Positions 11,201 to 20,000 of a stretch of DNA of 20,000 nt are shown here, one piece after another. The translations under genes were made by a program, and so were the position numbers. Within the stretch, counting starts at the first letter, position 1. The number at the start of each line of letters is the position of its first letter. Source of the DNA: Acanthaster planci (Eukaryota); the NCBI RefSeq assembly GCF_001949145.1, contig NW_019091356.1:3247237-3267236 (forward strand), written 5' to 3'. The notes below the pieces were generated by a model. It was given only the letters and a program-made list of their open reading frames with translations, was not told the origin of the DNA and ran no database searches.

Positions 11201-14200
11201 AGTTGAGCTCCTGCTTTCCGTAGCTCGGCGACGAATAGGATAATGACTCCCCGTCCCAATTTTCATCTTCCGATTTTCATTCCGCTTCCCCTGCTGCAGG
11301 GCATCTTGCAAACGTGCCACGACCTGAAACCGCTCCGCGACGAGGTGTACTGTCAGATCATCAAGCAGACCACGGGGGTGACCGATCCGGACGGCCTGGG
11401 CAACCTGCGGAACTGGCAGATCCTGGCCTGCCTGTGCTGCAGCTTCCTACCCAGTCGCAACATCCTCCGATACGTTCGCTTCCACATGAAGAGGTGAGTT
11501 GGGGCACGGCAATCAGGGAAGGTCAGATTCACAGTGATGTTCAGAATGGAACAGTGAACCATCTACAGACTTCGTAAACGTGATATGAAGAGTTCATGAT
11601 GCGACAAAACTGTATTGGTAACGTCAGTTTGTGGTATGGCTGACGAACCGGTCTATTGTTAGACTTTATAGCGACGTACATTGAAGATGCTGTGCTTGTC
11701 ATTTGAATTGAAAGGTTTTTTAACAAGTCATTTGTGTTTTTCGGGTTGAATAATTGCCATAATGAGGAGTGTGTGGGGTTTGCTGTGGTTTTGAAGATCA
11801 GTTCAAAGACAGTGCTGAGTTGAACTTGTTTACGGGTTAATCTCTTAACTTTTTAAGTAGATTAGTTCGAAATTTCCTAAAATAGCAGTAGGTGATTAGC
11901 AAATCAGAACTTGTTCGTCAAAGAATGACATTTTGCCAAAAAGATAGAAATTATCATGTGGTTTTGGTTTATTTTTATTTGAAGTAAAATTTTATCATGA
12001 TTACATTTCATGGAGATTGAATAATTTCTTAAGAATGGTATCATTTTCATTGTATTTGTTTAATGGGTTACTTAGAGTCAGGTGCTTACTTGATTGTCAT
12101 ATATATTCAGACATTCAAAGTAAGTTCTTGTGATTGGATCCATCCAGGCAAATTGAGTTGTTCCCCGACACCCAGACAGCACGCTATGCCGAGTTTGCCC
12201 TTGATTCCCTGAAGAGGACCAGGACGAGGGACTTTGCCCCCTCCAGGTCAGAGGTCATTGCCATCCTGGTGAGTCCCAATTCCCAACTCCCAAGTAGTCT
12301 TACAAGCAGCGGGAAGTTTCTTGCCTTGCTGAGATCAGTGGCTGTGTTGGCTTTCATGCTGAGAGCGACGAGGGTGTTGTTTTGTTTGTGCTCACCTGAC
12401 TACTCACAGACACAGTGCATTTGTGTATGGTCAAATCGGGGGACCGGACTTAAAAAGCCATCACCACACTGGTGTGGCATACAGTTCTAACAGGTGAAGT
12501 AAATGCCTTTTTGAACAGTAGGATGCTGAGACTTCCTTAAATGCACTAGTACTTCCAAGTTCAAGGAGCCCAGCATGTCAGGTGCCATTGCATCAATGGC
12601 GTTCCTTGGAATGGTCTCTATTTGCAGTATTCAAAGTTGCCTGCTTGCTCTGTCTGTTTTCATTGAAAAAAAAAATTGATTTTCCTGTTCAAGGGTCGGC
12701 GTGAGATGAGCGCCACAGTATTTTGCCACGGGGAAGGCTCCTGCCAAATTAACATCAACTCAGCTACAACTGCAGGACAGGTCAGTTAGAAATCATCAGC
12801 ATGAAGAAAGGAACGGAGCATATCTTGTGATTAAAATGTCCTTTTAATCCTTTCTCCTTTCTTTCGACTAAGATAGTCAAGTCATTCACACTTCCCGACA
12901 CAAGTCTCTCTAAAGGTCCAGTCACAAGCACTAGTGGCGGAAGTAGGGGGGGAAGTGGACCTCCACTTTGTCAGCTGGGGGGAGTAAGCCCCCCTCCCAT
13001 AAACACTTTTTGCAGGTCCTATAATAAGGTGGAGCTTAATGGATCAACCTGTCAATGGCTGATACCGGATGGTCTAGCAGCTGCCCCCCACACACTTTTT
13101 GCAGGTCCTGTAATAAGGTGGGGCTCAATGGATCAGCCTATTAATGGCTGATACCTGATGGTCTAGCAGCTGCCCCCCACACACTTTTTGCAGGTCCTGT
13201 AATAAGGTGGGGCTCAATGGATCAGCCTATTAATGGCTGATACCCNNNNNNNNNNNNNNNNNNNNNNNNNNNNNNNNNNNNNNNNNNNNNNNNNNNNNNN
13301 NNNNNNNNNNNNNNNNNNNNNNNNNNNNNNNNNNNNNNNNNNNNNNNNNNNNNNNNNNNNNNNNNNNNNNNNNNNNNNNNNNNNNNNNNNNNNNNNNNNN
13401 NNNNNNNNNNNNNNNNNNNNNNNNNNNNNNNNNNNNNNNNNNNNNNNNNNNNNNNNNNNNNNNNNNNNNNNNNNNNNNNNNNNNNNNNNNNNNNNNNNNN
13501 NNNNNNNNNNNNNNNNNNNNNNNNNNNNNNNNNNNNNNNNNNNNNNNNNNNNNNNNNNNNNNNNNNNNNNNNNNNNNNNNNNNNNNNNNNNNNNNNNNNN
13601 NNNNNNNNNNNNNNNNNNNNNNNNNNNNNNNNNNNNNNNNNNNNNNNNNNNNNNGATGGTCTCACAACTGTCCCCCCGCCTTGAAAATCATTTTGCCACC
13701 GTCGGTCACAAGCAACAGGATAAGCAGTGACGAGGGAATGCTTTTATTCGCAAATAGTTGACTGGATCAAGACCATTTGATTTGTGGTAGTTTTGTGATA
13801 AACTTGGAGGGACTTGTGATGGACTCGACTACCGCCGCCAAAATGATCATTGTCGGGTGCAGAGAAGCGACATAAGATGAAATCAGTCAGGTTTTCCATT
13901 TTTTTTCTCTTTTAACCGGAAGGTGGTCCACACGCTGGTCAAGGGCATGGGCCTGGACAAGTGCCACAACCGTTTTGCCCTGTACGAGCGCAGCGGCCAT
14001 GTGGAGAAGGCCATCGAGGACCGGACGGTCATCGCCGATGTCATCGCCAAGTTTGAGCGCTACAAGGCCCGGGGGCTGAGCGACCGGGGCAAGCCCTGGC
14101 AACTCTTCTTCAAGCTCTTCTGCTTCCTGGACACCAAGAACGTCTCGCAGGGCAGCATCGAGTACAGCTTCTTGTATGAAGAAGTAAGTCCTTTTAATCT

Positions 14201-16941
14201 ATGTCCCAAGTCCAGCGGAGCTCTGATGAATTCACAGCGGGGAAAGTCTGAGCATGTTGTGTGTGCAGAGTTTTGTTTTTCAAGCCAGCATGAATGACTG
14301 ATGTTTTAGCAGTGATGCATGTACGTTTTATTGTGAAGGAACTTACTGTTTTAGAAAAATTATCGAAGAAGTTTAAAGGATCATTATTCAGGGTATTTGC
14401 TCTAGTTGCTCACACTGCATTTGTTCTTCAGTTAAAGTACAAAGGAACTTACAGAAGCAAAACGATTTCAAACCGTGTTTTGTTTCTGTCCAGGAGGTTT
14501 TTCCTCATGTCCGTGTTTTGGTTTTTTCCCGACCAGGCCTGTGAGGATGTCATCCGTGGTTTCTTCCCCACGACCCCTGAGAAGCTGGTCTACCTGGCTG
14601 CCTTGCGTACACAGTTCATCCGGGGTGACTACGTGCAGAATGATTGGATGTGAGACTCCCTGCTGTTTCTCCCTCAGTTTTTTTCCTTTTTAAAATGATC
14701 AGGGGACTTTCATGTAGATTTTTTCGCATTGACATTAACAGTGATGAAGCAGATCGTAGTATAGATCAGGTCCTTCCAGCTTTCAATTTGGTCTCGTAAT
14801 TCGGCAATGGAAAGATTTGTCCAATGAAAAGAGCTGCCCCTCTTTCTCCCCTAGTTGAACCCCCTATCCCTCACCTCCATGACCAAAACGCTAAACTGAC
14901 TATTGGATACCATGTTTAACTAGCTATATGTCAACAAAATGTCGGTGCAAAGGGCATCAGAAAAGTTCAATTCTGTATAAAACAGTTTCTTTTGAAAAGC
15001 GACGCTATTTTATGTTTCCTTATGCTTTCAGAAAGTAATGAAATATTGGCAGCTCTGTGTGCAGTGGTACTTAATGTCGTATTTGCCTTTCCAGACGTGA
15101 CTTGAGTGAAGTCTACCCAATAGACAGACTCAAAACCCAGCCAAAGAAAGAAGAGACAGACTACGCCGGCTTCCCGATGAAGCAGCGCAAGGAGAACATC
15201 ATCTCAGTAAGTGTACTCTACCTTGGAGCCAGGATCTTGAGCTAGTCTACCCAGTTCTGGAACTTGTCTGTCTGGTTCTGGAACTTGTCTTTTTAGTTCT
15301 GGAACTTGTCTAGTTCTGGAGCTCATCCATTTAGGTAGGAACGTAACCCACTCAAAGTCAAGAACTTGTCCATTCAGATCTGAAACTTCACTTGCCCAAT
15401 CAGACTTCCCTGTTCAGATCAAGAACCTGTTCTGTCAGATCTGGAACTTGACCAGTCAGTTCTAAAATTTTGGGCAGCTCTCATTTTTGACACTGTTCGT
15501 GAAAGGCCATTTGAAAAAATGTTCTATGTAACCTGTATAAATTGATCAATTTATCTTCTTTTTGCAAGGGAACTCTGCGAGGACTGGGTGAGAAGACTTT
15601 AAAGAAGTTGCAGAAGTCGGCATCAGATGACTCCATCCTGGATTCTGTCTATGCCGATGAAATCTCCGCCACAACCACGCTGGTTGTTGACAAGTGGAAG
15701 ACACTCAAGGTGGGCATTGAGTTTAGTATAAAGTACCTTAAAAGGAACTTTCAATTGCATGGAAAGTATACTACACTGCACTAGGCAAAAAAAAGTGATT
15801 CGTTACTTGATGGATAAAATTAAGAGGTTAATGTATAAGAGTATTAGAATAAGGTCTGTTAACTTGTTGGCTTGGGTAGTCATTCAAGATGTGAACTTGA
15901 ACTTTCAAAATGAGTGGTTCCTTTTGCTTCAGGGGATGAGTCCCGAGAAGGCTCAAGAGGCCTACATGAGTGTTATACAGCAGTGGAAGTACTATGGAGC
16001 GCGTCTGTTTGAGGTGGAGAGCACCGACGGCAGATTCCCTCCCAACCTCTGGCTTGCAGTCAGCTCCAGCATGGTGGCTGTCCACAAACAGGGAGAGGCC
16101 AGCCCCATCGAGGAGATCCCCTACGAGAAGTGAGTGGACTGTGCTGAGACCTGGTAGCGGGGGCTTGTTAGGAATAGTTGGATAGCAGGTTATCTGGCAG
16201 CTTTTGGCCGGGGGGTTTTTGGGCCAACTAGCTAGTAGGTTCACTGGGCTGATAATCGAGGCCCAGTTGGTTGACAGGTTGGAATGGCTGGTAGATTCCT
16301 TGCCGGTTAGCTTTCTTGTGGGCTCCAAGCTGGCAAAATTGGTTGACTAGTAAGTGTACTGGCCAGTTTTCCATCTAGCCAGCCATTTCCGGGCGGACCT
16401 GCTCTTAAAATTGGCCACTCATTTGGCTGCCCATGTGCTGTAATTTGTTGACTGTGGGGTATATTGGATTGCTGAAGTTTTTGAATGTCATCTGCATGGC
16501 AACTTCTACTGCAGAGAAAAAAGTAGGGTTTGATGAAACTGACTTCTTTTAATTGACTTCAATTTGGATTTCAGGATTCTGTCATTTGGAGCACCTATCC
16601 CCAACGAGTACAAGATTGTAGTGGAAGGCAGACGACACGAGCTCTCGTTTGAAACCAACCAGGTATCTGAGATGATCTTTAGACAGCTTTTTGTAAACCG
16701 CCTTTTCATCCTATCTTTACCTTTTCCCCTCGGTTTCTTTGTAAATCTGTTCAATTTGCTGGCATTATTGCTCCTCCTGTCTGTTCCCTCCCAGGTATTT
16801 GAGATTGCCAAGTTGATGAAAGCCTACATCAATGAGATCGTCAGGAAACGTCAGAGTGTGGTGAGCATTCAGAATGGTGGTATACCATACCAGGGGACTG
16901 GGAATATCCTGGATCCTGTCACGCAAGATACGTATTTTTGA
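2194..16941 (+). CDS. MYO10: Unconventional myosin-X-like protein, C-terminal tail (PH1N-PH2-PH1C-PH3-MyTH4-FERM), 21 exons, 5'-partial
   Basis: The spliced translation is colinear with the recalled human MYO10 tail (e.g. GGMVNSWKKRWFVLRDET, EMHDEEANP-like MHDEEANPKNAIG, NPILR..HPL..PLLPLPYG, LRDEVYCQIIKQT, ILSFGAP, AKLMKAYI). All 20 introns are GT-AG, phases agree, and exon lengths sum to 2781 nt ending in TGA. Confidence 0.93.
2390..2466 (+). CDS. MYO10: MYO10-like exon: PH1N (GGMVNSWKKRWFVLRDETLMWFKTKQ)
   Basis: cag|...CAG|gtaa; phase 1-0; typical PH WKKRWFVL motif. Confidence 0.93.
2855..2913 (+). CDS. MYO10: MYO10-like exon: PH2 start (EALKSGWLMKKGGGTGTLS)
   Basis: cag|...AG|gtgag; phase 0-2; resembles EALKQGWLHKKGGGSSTLS. 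Confidence 0.93.
3094..3204 (+). CDS. MYO10: MYO10-like exon: PH2 (RRNWRKRFFILKDTMLSYYESDGNNAKLLGKIDIKAS)
   Basis: cag|...AG|gtagg; phase 2-2. Confidence 0.93.
3325..3423 (+). CDS. MYO10: MYO10-like exon: PH2 (RRITDSSYGRENSIDVETNDRTYHLVAESADDC)
   Basis: cag|...AG|gtact; phase 2-2; resembles DRTFHLIAESPED. Confidence 0.92.
3799..3948 (+). CDS. MYO10: MYO10-like exon: PH2 end and PH1C start (SEWFSILTRVKNS...MHDEEANPKNAIGSLDVAIIDSVVPVNIAE)
   Basis: cag|...AG|gttaat; phase 2-2. Confidence 0.92.
4560..4645 (+). CDS. MYO10: MYO10-like exon: PH1C (RPNCFAIITAERVINLQSESPVGMNNWLA)
   Basis: tag|...G|gtaag; phase 2-1; resembles RPNSFVIITANRV. Confidence 0.92.
4776..5111. mobile_element. Degenerate non-autonomous DNA transposon-like element with internal GGAAAAGTCATGGAA-type subrepeats
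   Basis: About six copies of a (GGAAA)AGTCATGG-like motif. Imperfect terminal inverted repeat: gatggttcctgta (4776-4788) and tgcaggaaccctg (5099-5111), 10/13 match. No TSD seen. Confidence 0.5.
5524..5784 (+). CDS. MYO10: MYO10-like exon: PH3 N-part (...GWLTKE...RKKRYFVLTANSLEFYRS...LNSLCSVTLPDEKIFKEE)
   Basis: cag|...G|gtgggt; phase 1-1; resembles LNSLCSVVPPDEKIFKET. Confidence 0.94.
6826..7010. repeat. Degenerate pentanucleotide microsatellite (GCCCT/GCCTT/GCCCA)n
   Basis: Direct reading, e.g. ccctgccctgcccttgccttgcccagccc. Confidence 0.85.
7230..7448 (+). CDS. Candidate cassette exon A within PH3 (73 codons, Ser/Pro/Lys-rich)
   Basis: ~98-nt AG-free pyrimidine-rich tract ending in aag, donor G|gtaaga, 219 nt, phase 1-1, stop-free in the frame of the flanking exons. 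Confidence 0.7.
7467..7616 (+). promoter_or_regulatory. (T)GCATG cluster downstream of exon A, putative RBFOX sites
   Basis: TGCATG at 7467, 7528 and 7578; GCATG at 7612. Confidence 0.55.
8315..8509 (+). CDS. Candidate cassette exon B within PH3 (65 codons, Ser/Pro/Arg-rich)
   Basis: ~108-nt AG-free tract with branch-point-like ttctaac (8255) ending in tag, donor G|gtatgt, 195 nt, phase 1-1, stop-free in frame. Confidence 0.72.
8565..8741 (+). promoter_or_regulatory. TGCATG cluster plus TACTAAC downstream of exon B, putative RBFOX/QKI sites
   Basis: TGCATG at 8565, 8584, 8592, 8661 and 8736; TACTAAC at 8651. Confidence 0.6.
9741..9898 (+). CDS. MYO10: MYO10-like exon: PH3 C-part (GYWKFTVHGRNCSFNLYT...WTYAIQDVIDSKPKLETPFQILIRDIK)
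   Basis: cag|...AAG|gtgagg; phase 1-0; resembles GYWNVTVYGRK...TPTQQLIQDIK. Confidence 0.93.
10145..10274 (+). CDS. MYO10: MYO10-like exon: MyTH4 start (...NPILRNTPHPLKAPLLPLPYG...)
   Basis: cag|...A|gtaagt; phase 0-1. Confidence 0.94.
10809..10909 (+). CDS. MYO10: MYO10-like exon: MyTH4 (SQEKGYTTLNDEGVKIFNSLLGSENLPDPMPVIQ)
   Basis: cag|...CAG|gtatt; phase 1-0. Confidence 0.93.
11300..11493 (+). CDS. MYO10: MYO10-like exon: MyTH4 core (GILQTCHDLKPLRDEVYCQIIKQT...WQILACLCCSFLPS...FHMK)
   Basis: cag|...AG|gtgagt; phase 0-2; MyTH4 signature LRDE.YCQ..KQ. Confidence 0.95.
12148..12268 (+). CDS. MYO10: MYO10-like exon: MyTH4 end (RQIELFPD...RTRTRDFAPSRSEVIAIL)
   Basis: cag|...CTG|gtgagt; phase 2-0. 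Confidence 0.93.
12694..12780 (+). CDS. MYO10: MYO10-like exon: FERM start (GRREMSATVFCHGEGSCQININSATTAGQ), absent from the ORF track
   Basis: aag|...CAG|gtcagt; phase 0-0; resembles EMTSTVYCHGGGSCKITINSHTTAGE. Confidence 0.92.
12929..13704. mobile_element. Probable hAT-like non-autonomous element carrying an internal tandem array
   Basis: Flanked by the direct repeat gtcacaag(ca) at 12921 and 13705. Weak inverted termini (agtggcggaa / ttttgccacc) with adjacent G-run and C-run. Confidence 0.55.
13003..13678. repeat. 89-bp tandem repeat (at least 3 copies) spanning the assembly gap 13246-13654
   Basis: ctttttgcaggtcct recurs at 13006, 13095 and 13184. The unit resumes (gatggtct...) after the gap. 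Confidence 0.9.
13923..14183 (+). CDS. MYO10: MYO10-like exon: FERM F1 (VVHTLVKGMGL...FALYE...ADVIAKFE...WQLFFKLFCFLDT...FLYEE)
   Basis: aag|...GAA|gtaagt; phase 0-0. Confidence 0.94.
14537..14649 (+). CDS. MYO10: MYO10-like exon: FERM F2 (ACEDVIRGFFPTTPEKLVYLAALRTQFIRGDYVQNDW)
   Basis: cag|...AT|gtgaga; phase 0-2. Confidence 0.92.
15095..15206 (+). CDS. MYO10: MYO10-like exon: FERM F2 insertion (IRDLSEVYPIDRLKTQPKKEETDYAGFPMKQRKENIIS), absent from the ORF track
   Basis: cag|...TCA|gtaagt; phase 2-0, bridges the neighbouring exon phases. Confidence 0.88.
15230..15465. repeat. Degenerate ~21-bp minisatellite (core gttctggaacttgtc)
   Basis: Core repeated at about 15254, 15275 and 15296, with decayed copies to about 15465. 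Confidence 0.75.
15569..15709 (+). CDS. MYO10: MYO10-like exon: FERM F2 (GTLRGLGEK...TTTLVVDKWKTLK)
   Basis: aag|...AAG|gtgggc; phase 0-0. Confidence 0.9.
15933..16129 (+). CDS. MYO10: MYO10-like exon: FERM F2/F3 (GMSPEKAQEAYM...YGARLFEVE...LWLAVS...EEIPYE)
   Basis: cag|...AA|gtgagt; phase 0-2. Confidence 0.94.
16575..16662 (+). CDS. MYO10: MYO10-like exon: FERM F3 (KILSFGAPIPNEYKIVVEGRRHELSFETNQ)
   Basis: cag|...CAG|gtatct; phase 2-0. Confidence 0.93.
16795..16941 (+). CDS. MYO10: MYO10-like terminal coding exon (VFEIAKLMKAYINEIVRKR...DPVTQDTYF*)
   Basis: cag| acceptor, phase 0; TGA at 16939-16941. Confidence 0.92.
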   Translation, partial: VFEIAKLMKAYINEIVRKRQSVVSIQNGGIPYQGTGNILDPVTQDTYF

Positions 16942-19045
16942 TCAGCCTGTTAAAAAACTCAGTGCAGATGAAATTATGAGAAATATACAGCCACATTATA
17001 GACTTTGTATACTGATCAAAGGTATATATTAGATGTTTNNNNNNNNNNNNNNNNNNNNNNNNNNNNNNNNNNNNNNNNNNNNNNNNNNNNNNNNNNNNNN
17101 NNNNNNNNNNNNNNNNNNNNNNNNNNNNNNNNNNNNNNNNNNNNNNNNNNNNNNNNNNNNNNNNNNNNNNNNNNNNNNNNNNNNNNNNNNNNNNNNNNNN
17201 NNNNNNNNNNNNNNNNNNNNNNNNNNNNNNNNNNNNNNNNNNNNNNNNNNNNNNNNNNNNNNNNNNNNNNNNNNNNNNNNNNNNNNNNCAGATCCCGAAT
17301 TTCTGGAATTACCCAAGTATAAGCTTGACATTTAGTAAAAGATTACACAAATCATTAGGTTTGGAAAAATACAACGCTCTCTCATTTCTAGTTGCAGTTC
17401 TTTGGTCTTTCGCAATTCACAAATATTTCAAGAAGTTGTACATTAGGAAATCAATTAGAAAAAGAACCTCTCTTTGAAAACTCCGAACAGCATTACTGAC
17501 CTGCTCAGGGTAGCAGTTTGTATTGCATACTGCGTGATCCATCATGAATCTGTGACCATACAAGAATGGAAGAAAGATACACCAGTGCACAAAATGACAG
17601 AGGTGACCGCTCCTACCAAGCAGTGCTTAAGTTGGACGTTGTCAATTCTCAAAATTTAGTTGTCAACGTTTCGTCTGAGTTCAGGAGTAGGTCTGATGTG
17701 TTTTTCTCAAAGGATACTTGTCATAGTATGCTGCTTTGCATTCATTGTTGTTCAAATGCGTTTGTGTATACACAGGTTTTTTGTATATTTCCAAAATCCA
17801 GTTTGTAAAAAAAGGAAAGCACTTGAGAGGTCTTTTTTTTTAAGTTGCATGTAAAGCAAAATTCGAAGTAGTTAAACTGTGGCATTGTTTTGTCATCTTC
17901 AGCCGGTATTTAGGTCACATGCACTTGTTACTTTTTACGGTTGAGGCTTACCTGTCATACTGCATTGACACGTTCAATCCTCATGACTTTCAGAATTTGT
18001 TAATTAATGTTTCTAGGCAGCTTTTTGTATTTTTTTTTTCATTTTTTGAGAATCAAGCGCTTTTGCTTGCATGCTCTATTTTTTGTACTTATGTATATCT
18101 AATTTATCTTTATTCGTTTCAAAGAGGAATGTACTCTTTTCGAGTACGTAGCTTTTCTCACCTTTATTTGTCCCTCATCAAATTAATAGTACTCAGAAAT
18201 ATATATCTGTATATGTTTTAGTGTGTGCATGCATCTGCTTCTGATCCTTTCTGGATGATTTATATATATGTATACATGTATGCCTTGAAATCTGTGACCT
18301 CTGGTGCTACGGATGTCAGAATGTCAAGTCCTTACTTAGCAATTCTAAGTGTATATTCTATAGTTTGGAAGAGAAAGTCTATTAAAGAAAAAAGTCGCCG
18401 CTGCTGTGCTGTAGCCAAGGGATCATATCAAGTGTAGAGCTTGTAGTTTGAATTGAAATGTAAACACTTTCAATTTGCTGAGGGAAAATTGCTATAACCA
18501 CATTGTCAGAGTCCCCAAGTCAACCACTGTGAGCCAGTTTTAGTATTTTAGTAGTGCATAAACTTGGCCATGTCAGCACACCACACTGATTCATGCACTG
18601 AACTGGCGCGATGTCAGGTTTTTATTACAAACATCAAACTGGTTCATAATGACATTAACAGGTGTTTGCTGTTCAAGTGTATTTCAGAGAAGTATTATGG
18701 AATGTCAGAAAGGTTTGGCAATTTATGTATACAAGGGTGAATATACATTAAAATGGCACAATATATTTTTTGCTTACTGGTAAAATTTGAGTTAGGAATC
18801 AATAAGCCTAAGAGACTGCAGTCTTTTAAGTCATAAATATTTCTCTCAGGTACATGTTTGAAATGCGATGGGATAAAGGTAATTACCATTTTGTAGTCTT
18901 TCCTTTTGTATTTTTTTTATTTCTATCTGTGTAGATACTATATTAATCTCTTGATGCAATATACCGTAAGAGATGTACTTGACAGAAAATGTAAAACTAA
19001 ATATCTGGTTTCCTACTAATAAAAAGAACTCTTTTGAAGGAAAAA
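16942..19045 (+). other. Putative long AT-rich 3' UTR (contains assembly gap 17039-17288)
   Basis: Non-coding, T-rich sequence between the stop codon and the first canonical AATAAA I could find. The end point is inferred. Confidence 0.45.
19018..19023 (+). terminator. Candidate polyadenylation signal AATAAA
   Basis: First canonical hexamer seen after the stop, just before the satellite. ATTAAA variants occur earlier (e.g. 18381). Confidence 0.45.
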
Positions 19046-19219
19046 GAATACCAGTGTCAGAACTGTCCTGCGTCTTACCTGCTTGTTAAAATTTTCTCCA
19101 AACCAGTTTATCTTTCTTGACCTAATCAAACATATTAAAAAGGGAAACGGGTATGCCTTACATTTTCATTAAAATATATACCTAAATCAGTTTTACTCTT
19201 GACCAAAATGTAAAAATAG

Positions 19220-20000
19220 AATGGTTTATCCTTGCACTTTAATTAAAACAAGTAAAAGTTGAAATTTCTCCAAATTTCAATTTTGTCATTTTTCACAAAA
19301 CCCTTTAGGTCACAAATGGGTCAAAACCTAATTTTCTGGAAATCTTAGTTTTGTCTTTCTGCCGAAATTATAAAATTTTAAGGCGTTAGCCTTGTATTTT
19401 AATGAAAATTGGTCAAAATCCGATTTTTCTACAAATGTAAATTTTGTTATTTTTGATCAAAATTAAATGAAACTACAAGGGGTTAGCCTTCCATTTGAAT
19501 GGACATGGGTCAAAATTTCGTTTTTCCAGAAATCTGAATTTTGTCATTTTTAGCCGAAATTCAATTGCATTTCTTTACAAATGGGTCAAAATTTCATTTT
19601 TCCCCCAAGTATAAATTTTTTCATTTTTTGGCAAAATTCAATGAAATCACAAGGGGTTAACCTTGCATTTCCTTAAAAAATGAGTCAAAATTTCATTTTT
19701 CTCCAAATGTGAATTAATAATTTTTGGCCAAACTTCAATAAAATTACAAGGGGTTAACCTTGCATTTTCTTCAAAAATGGGTCAAAATTTCGTTTTTCTC
19801 CAAATGTGAATTTTGTCATTTTTGGCCAAAATTCAATAAAATTACAAGGGGTTAGCCTTGCATTTTCTTAAAAAATGGGTCAAAATTTCATTTTTCTCCA
19901 ATTGAGAATTTCGTCATTTTTGGCAAAATTCAATGAAATTACAAGGGGTTAGCCTTGAATTTTTTTTTAAAAAATGGGTCAAAATTTCATTTTTCTCCAA
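19220..20000. repeat. ~98-bp AT-rich tandem repeat (satellite) running off the window end
   Basis: gggtcaaaa-like anchor at about 19318, 19410, 19507, 19583, 19682, 19779, 19877 and 19976; spacing mostly 97-99, with one 92 and one 76. Confidence 0.92.

Noticed and set aside
13003..13245. CRISPR-like regular repeats (also 19220-20000)
   Set aside because: Whole units repeat with no unique spacers; eukaryotic context; no cas genes.
13222..13730. ORFs made of X residues (also 17005-17335)
   Set aside because: Artefacts of N-gaps.
17474..18889. Short ORFs downstream of the stop codon
   Set aside because: AT-rich UTR-like composition, no splice or homology support.

Overview
Eukaryotic (metazoan) genomic DNA with two assembly gaps. 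The + strand carries the 3' part of an unconventional myosin-X (MYO10)-like gene. I reconstructed 21 phase-consistent GT-AG exons (2194-16941, 926 codons plus TGA) encoding split PH1/PH2/PH3, MyTH4 and FERM domains; the motor and IQ regions must lie upstream of the window. A putative ~2.1 kb 3' UTR and a ~98-bp satellite follow. The most interesting signal is in the 4-kb intron that interrupts PH3 (5785-9740). It holds two stop-free, frame-preserving, mutually related exon candidates (7230-7448, 8315-8509) with no counterpart in vertebrate MYO10 as I recall it. Each is followed by a dense cluster of TGCATG (RBFOX-type) motifs, suggesting a regulated splicing switch that inserts disordered, basic, Ser-rich loops into PH3. 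Further candidates are small exons upstream, a possible poison exon, a C-terminal PDZ-type motif and several MITE/hAT-like relics. All homology calls are from recognition, not database searches.
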